A DNA stretch of 8,856 nucleotides from Amoeboradix gromovi X-113 (lineage: Eukaryota; Fungi; Sanchytriomycota), in assembly GCA_018985225.1 (NCBI GenBank), contig JADGIF010000423.1, positions 1 to 8,856 on the forward strand. Direction: 5' to 3'. The position numbers were made by a program, and so were the translations under genes. Below the pieces are notes generated by a model. The model searched no databases, was not told where the DNA came from, and saw only the letters and a list, made by a program, of their open reading frames with translations. This document shows, one piece after another, positions 7,265-8,856 of this stretch (positions within the stretch are counted from its first letter, which is position 1; each line of letters starts with the position of its first letter).

Positions 7265-8404
7265 TCAAATCCATGCCAATTGCGTGCATTCTTTCATGTA
7301 GGCTTTTAAGCTGTCCAATTTTGTAGTCTTTTCTCTCATTCTCATGTATTTTATACACATTTCTAGTCGATACTGCTCATATAGCAGCCTATTGTACTCT
7401 CTCTCCTTGCTTCTATCTGACTCTGGGTATGGATGGTACTGATGAATTAAGTAAAGCTTTGGGTGGACATAAAATGATAGCCCATGCAAATACAGCTGAT
7501 AAACACAGGCAGCCTTGTTACTACCGTATCCGATAAACCTTTCGTCGCAGTACGGAGTGTTCTTGCCCATTATCAAGTAAGGTTCATAGTTATAAGTGTA
7601 ATCTGAGATTAAATAAGCCTCGTCAGCGTTGAGCCATCTAGAATAGTTTGTAGGCCTATGTCCTCTGTCCCATTTTGCATGGAACATTTCAATTGATTTA
7701 TCATTTACTAGAGTAATTAAAGACTCTTTATCATTAGGAAATGACTCGAAAGTAGTTTGTCGATGATCGTTTGAGTATTCAAATGCCGGGATAACATAAA
7801 CAGCAGTGCCATCAATCACGGCGTTGACATCAATTCCGTATAGCAACTGGTCTAGATTGCAAATGAAGAAATCGATATCTAGCATGATGATTGCATCTGT
7901 AGGAGCATAATATTTTGCGATGTTTCTCCATAGATTAAACTGACGATCAAATATGTCAATAACAACATGAATAAAGAGGTATTGCCGTTGTTTTTCGGTG
8001 AAAGAAATAGCCAATAGTTGATTTAATTCTGACTCAGAATTAATATGTAATACACAGCTAATTGGACCACTATAGTGTTCAACGAGGACCTTGAGCTTAT
8101 CAAGTCGCTCAAGGGTTATCATTGTAGATACCGAAATTCCCTTGTTGGCAGTACCTTTAAAGTAATTAGGAATTATGGTAGTTGGTAACATTGGAGAAAA
8201 CAGTTTATGTACTTCAGTTGGATTTGTACCAGGTTCATATTCTACATCCGAATGAACTAACCAAATCCCTGTCCAGATAGTAGTAAATATTAAACTGAAT
8301 CCAACGTATATCAGTCCAAAAGTTGTTACCAGTTTCATACTTTCTAAAGACGTCGTTTGATTCAGTAGATACCAAAACGGAAAGGTATGATGATCACAGG
8401 GCAT
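7265..8404 (-). CDS. Glycosyltransferase family 49 (LARGE/B4GAT1-like beta-glucuronosyltransferase domain), type II membrane protein
   Basis: N-terminal TM helix, TMITLERL..YSGPIS, FNLWRNIAK, DxD motif MLDIDF, VYVIPAFE and NYEPY..PYCDERFIGYGSNK are all typical of Glyco_transf_49. The real start could be the second ATG at 8338 (MKLVTTF). Confidence 0.9.
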   Translation of the reverse strand: MPCDHHTFPFWYLLNQTTSLESMKLVTTFGLIYVGFSLIFTTIWTGIWLVHSDVEYEPGTNPTEVHKLFSPMLPTTIIPNYFKGTANKGISVSTMITLERLDKLKVLVEHYSGPISCVLHINSESELNQLLAISFTEKQRQYLFIHVVIDIFDRQFNLWRNIAKYYAPTDAIIMLDIDFFICNLDQLLYGIDVNAVIDGTAVYVIPAFEYSNDHRQTTFESFPNDKESLITLVNDKSIEMFHAKWDRGHRPTNYSRWLNADEAYLISDYTYNYEPYLIMGKNTPYCDERFIGYGSNKAACVYQLYLHGLSFYVHPKLYLIHQYHPYPESDRSKEREYNRLLYEQYRLEMCIKYMRMREKTTKLDSLKAYMKECTQLAWI

Positions 8405-8856
8405 GATTGGAGATACTCTATAAAACTACACAAATTTTGTAAAGCAAATGCCTAATGTAGCAGACCTAGTCCAGTGTGTTTTAATGGTTAACTTGCCTTA
8501 ATCGAGTGCTAGAAACGAATTACTCTTTTTTCCATTTCGGTTTCCAGCATCAATAGTCAATAGACTATATATGATTTGAAGACTGGTGTAACACGCATTT
8601 ACTTCTCGATCCACGACTACATCACAGCAGAGAGACCAAGGTAACTGTAAAATGATATGAGATGGTTGAATTCGTCTACACTTGCAATCATTTCAGTGAT
8701 ATCTGATGCATAACTTGGATGCTCACAATACGAATAATCAAACCTAGCGTCTTTCTACCAAGCACGTATAGCAGTTTCTTTATTGGAATAATCTGGGTAC
8801 CTCTAAGGTTTGATTGATATAAAGTATCCGCACAATAAATCATTTTTTGTTAAAAC

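Noticed and set aside
8350-8856. Minus-strand frame interrupted mostly by TAG/TAA, hinting at TAR=Gln recoding or upstream GT49 exons
   Set aside because: The frame also contains TGA, and its stop density is as expected for AT-rich non-coding DNA. The four real genes have no internal TAR and three of them end in TAA or TAG.

Overview
AT-rich eukaryotic genomic DNA with compact, apparently intronless genes in the standard genetic code. It resembles a reduced early-diverging fungus or protist, but that is inference only. There are four intact genes: a NAP/SET-family histone chaperone (-), a DOMON + cytochrome b561 membrane protein (+), a 480-aa orphan with an N-terminal CCCH-type motif (+) and a single-domain GT49 (LARGE/B4GAT1-like) glycosyltransferase (-). 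Most of the remaining DNA is decayed mobile or pseudogenic sequence that the ORF track does not reveal. (i) Two same-orientation copies of one hAT-type element with 23-bp TIRs: 1637-2620 carries transposase remnants and 6760-7176 is a MITE-like deletion derivative. (ii) Four copies of a second ~90-100 bp dispersed repeat. (iii) A degraded Ulp1/C48-like protease. (iv) A degraded Sel1/TPR-like 111-bp tandem repeat. I see no convincing new multi-gene system; the new items are likely undescribed TE families and an orphan gene.
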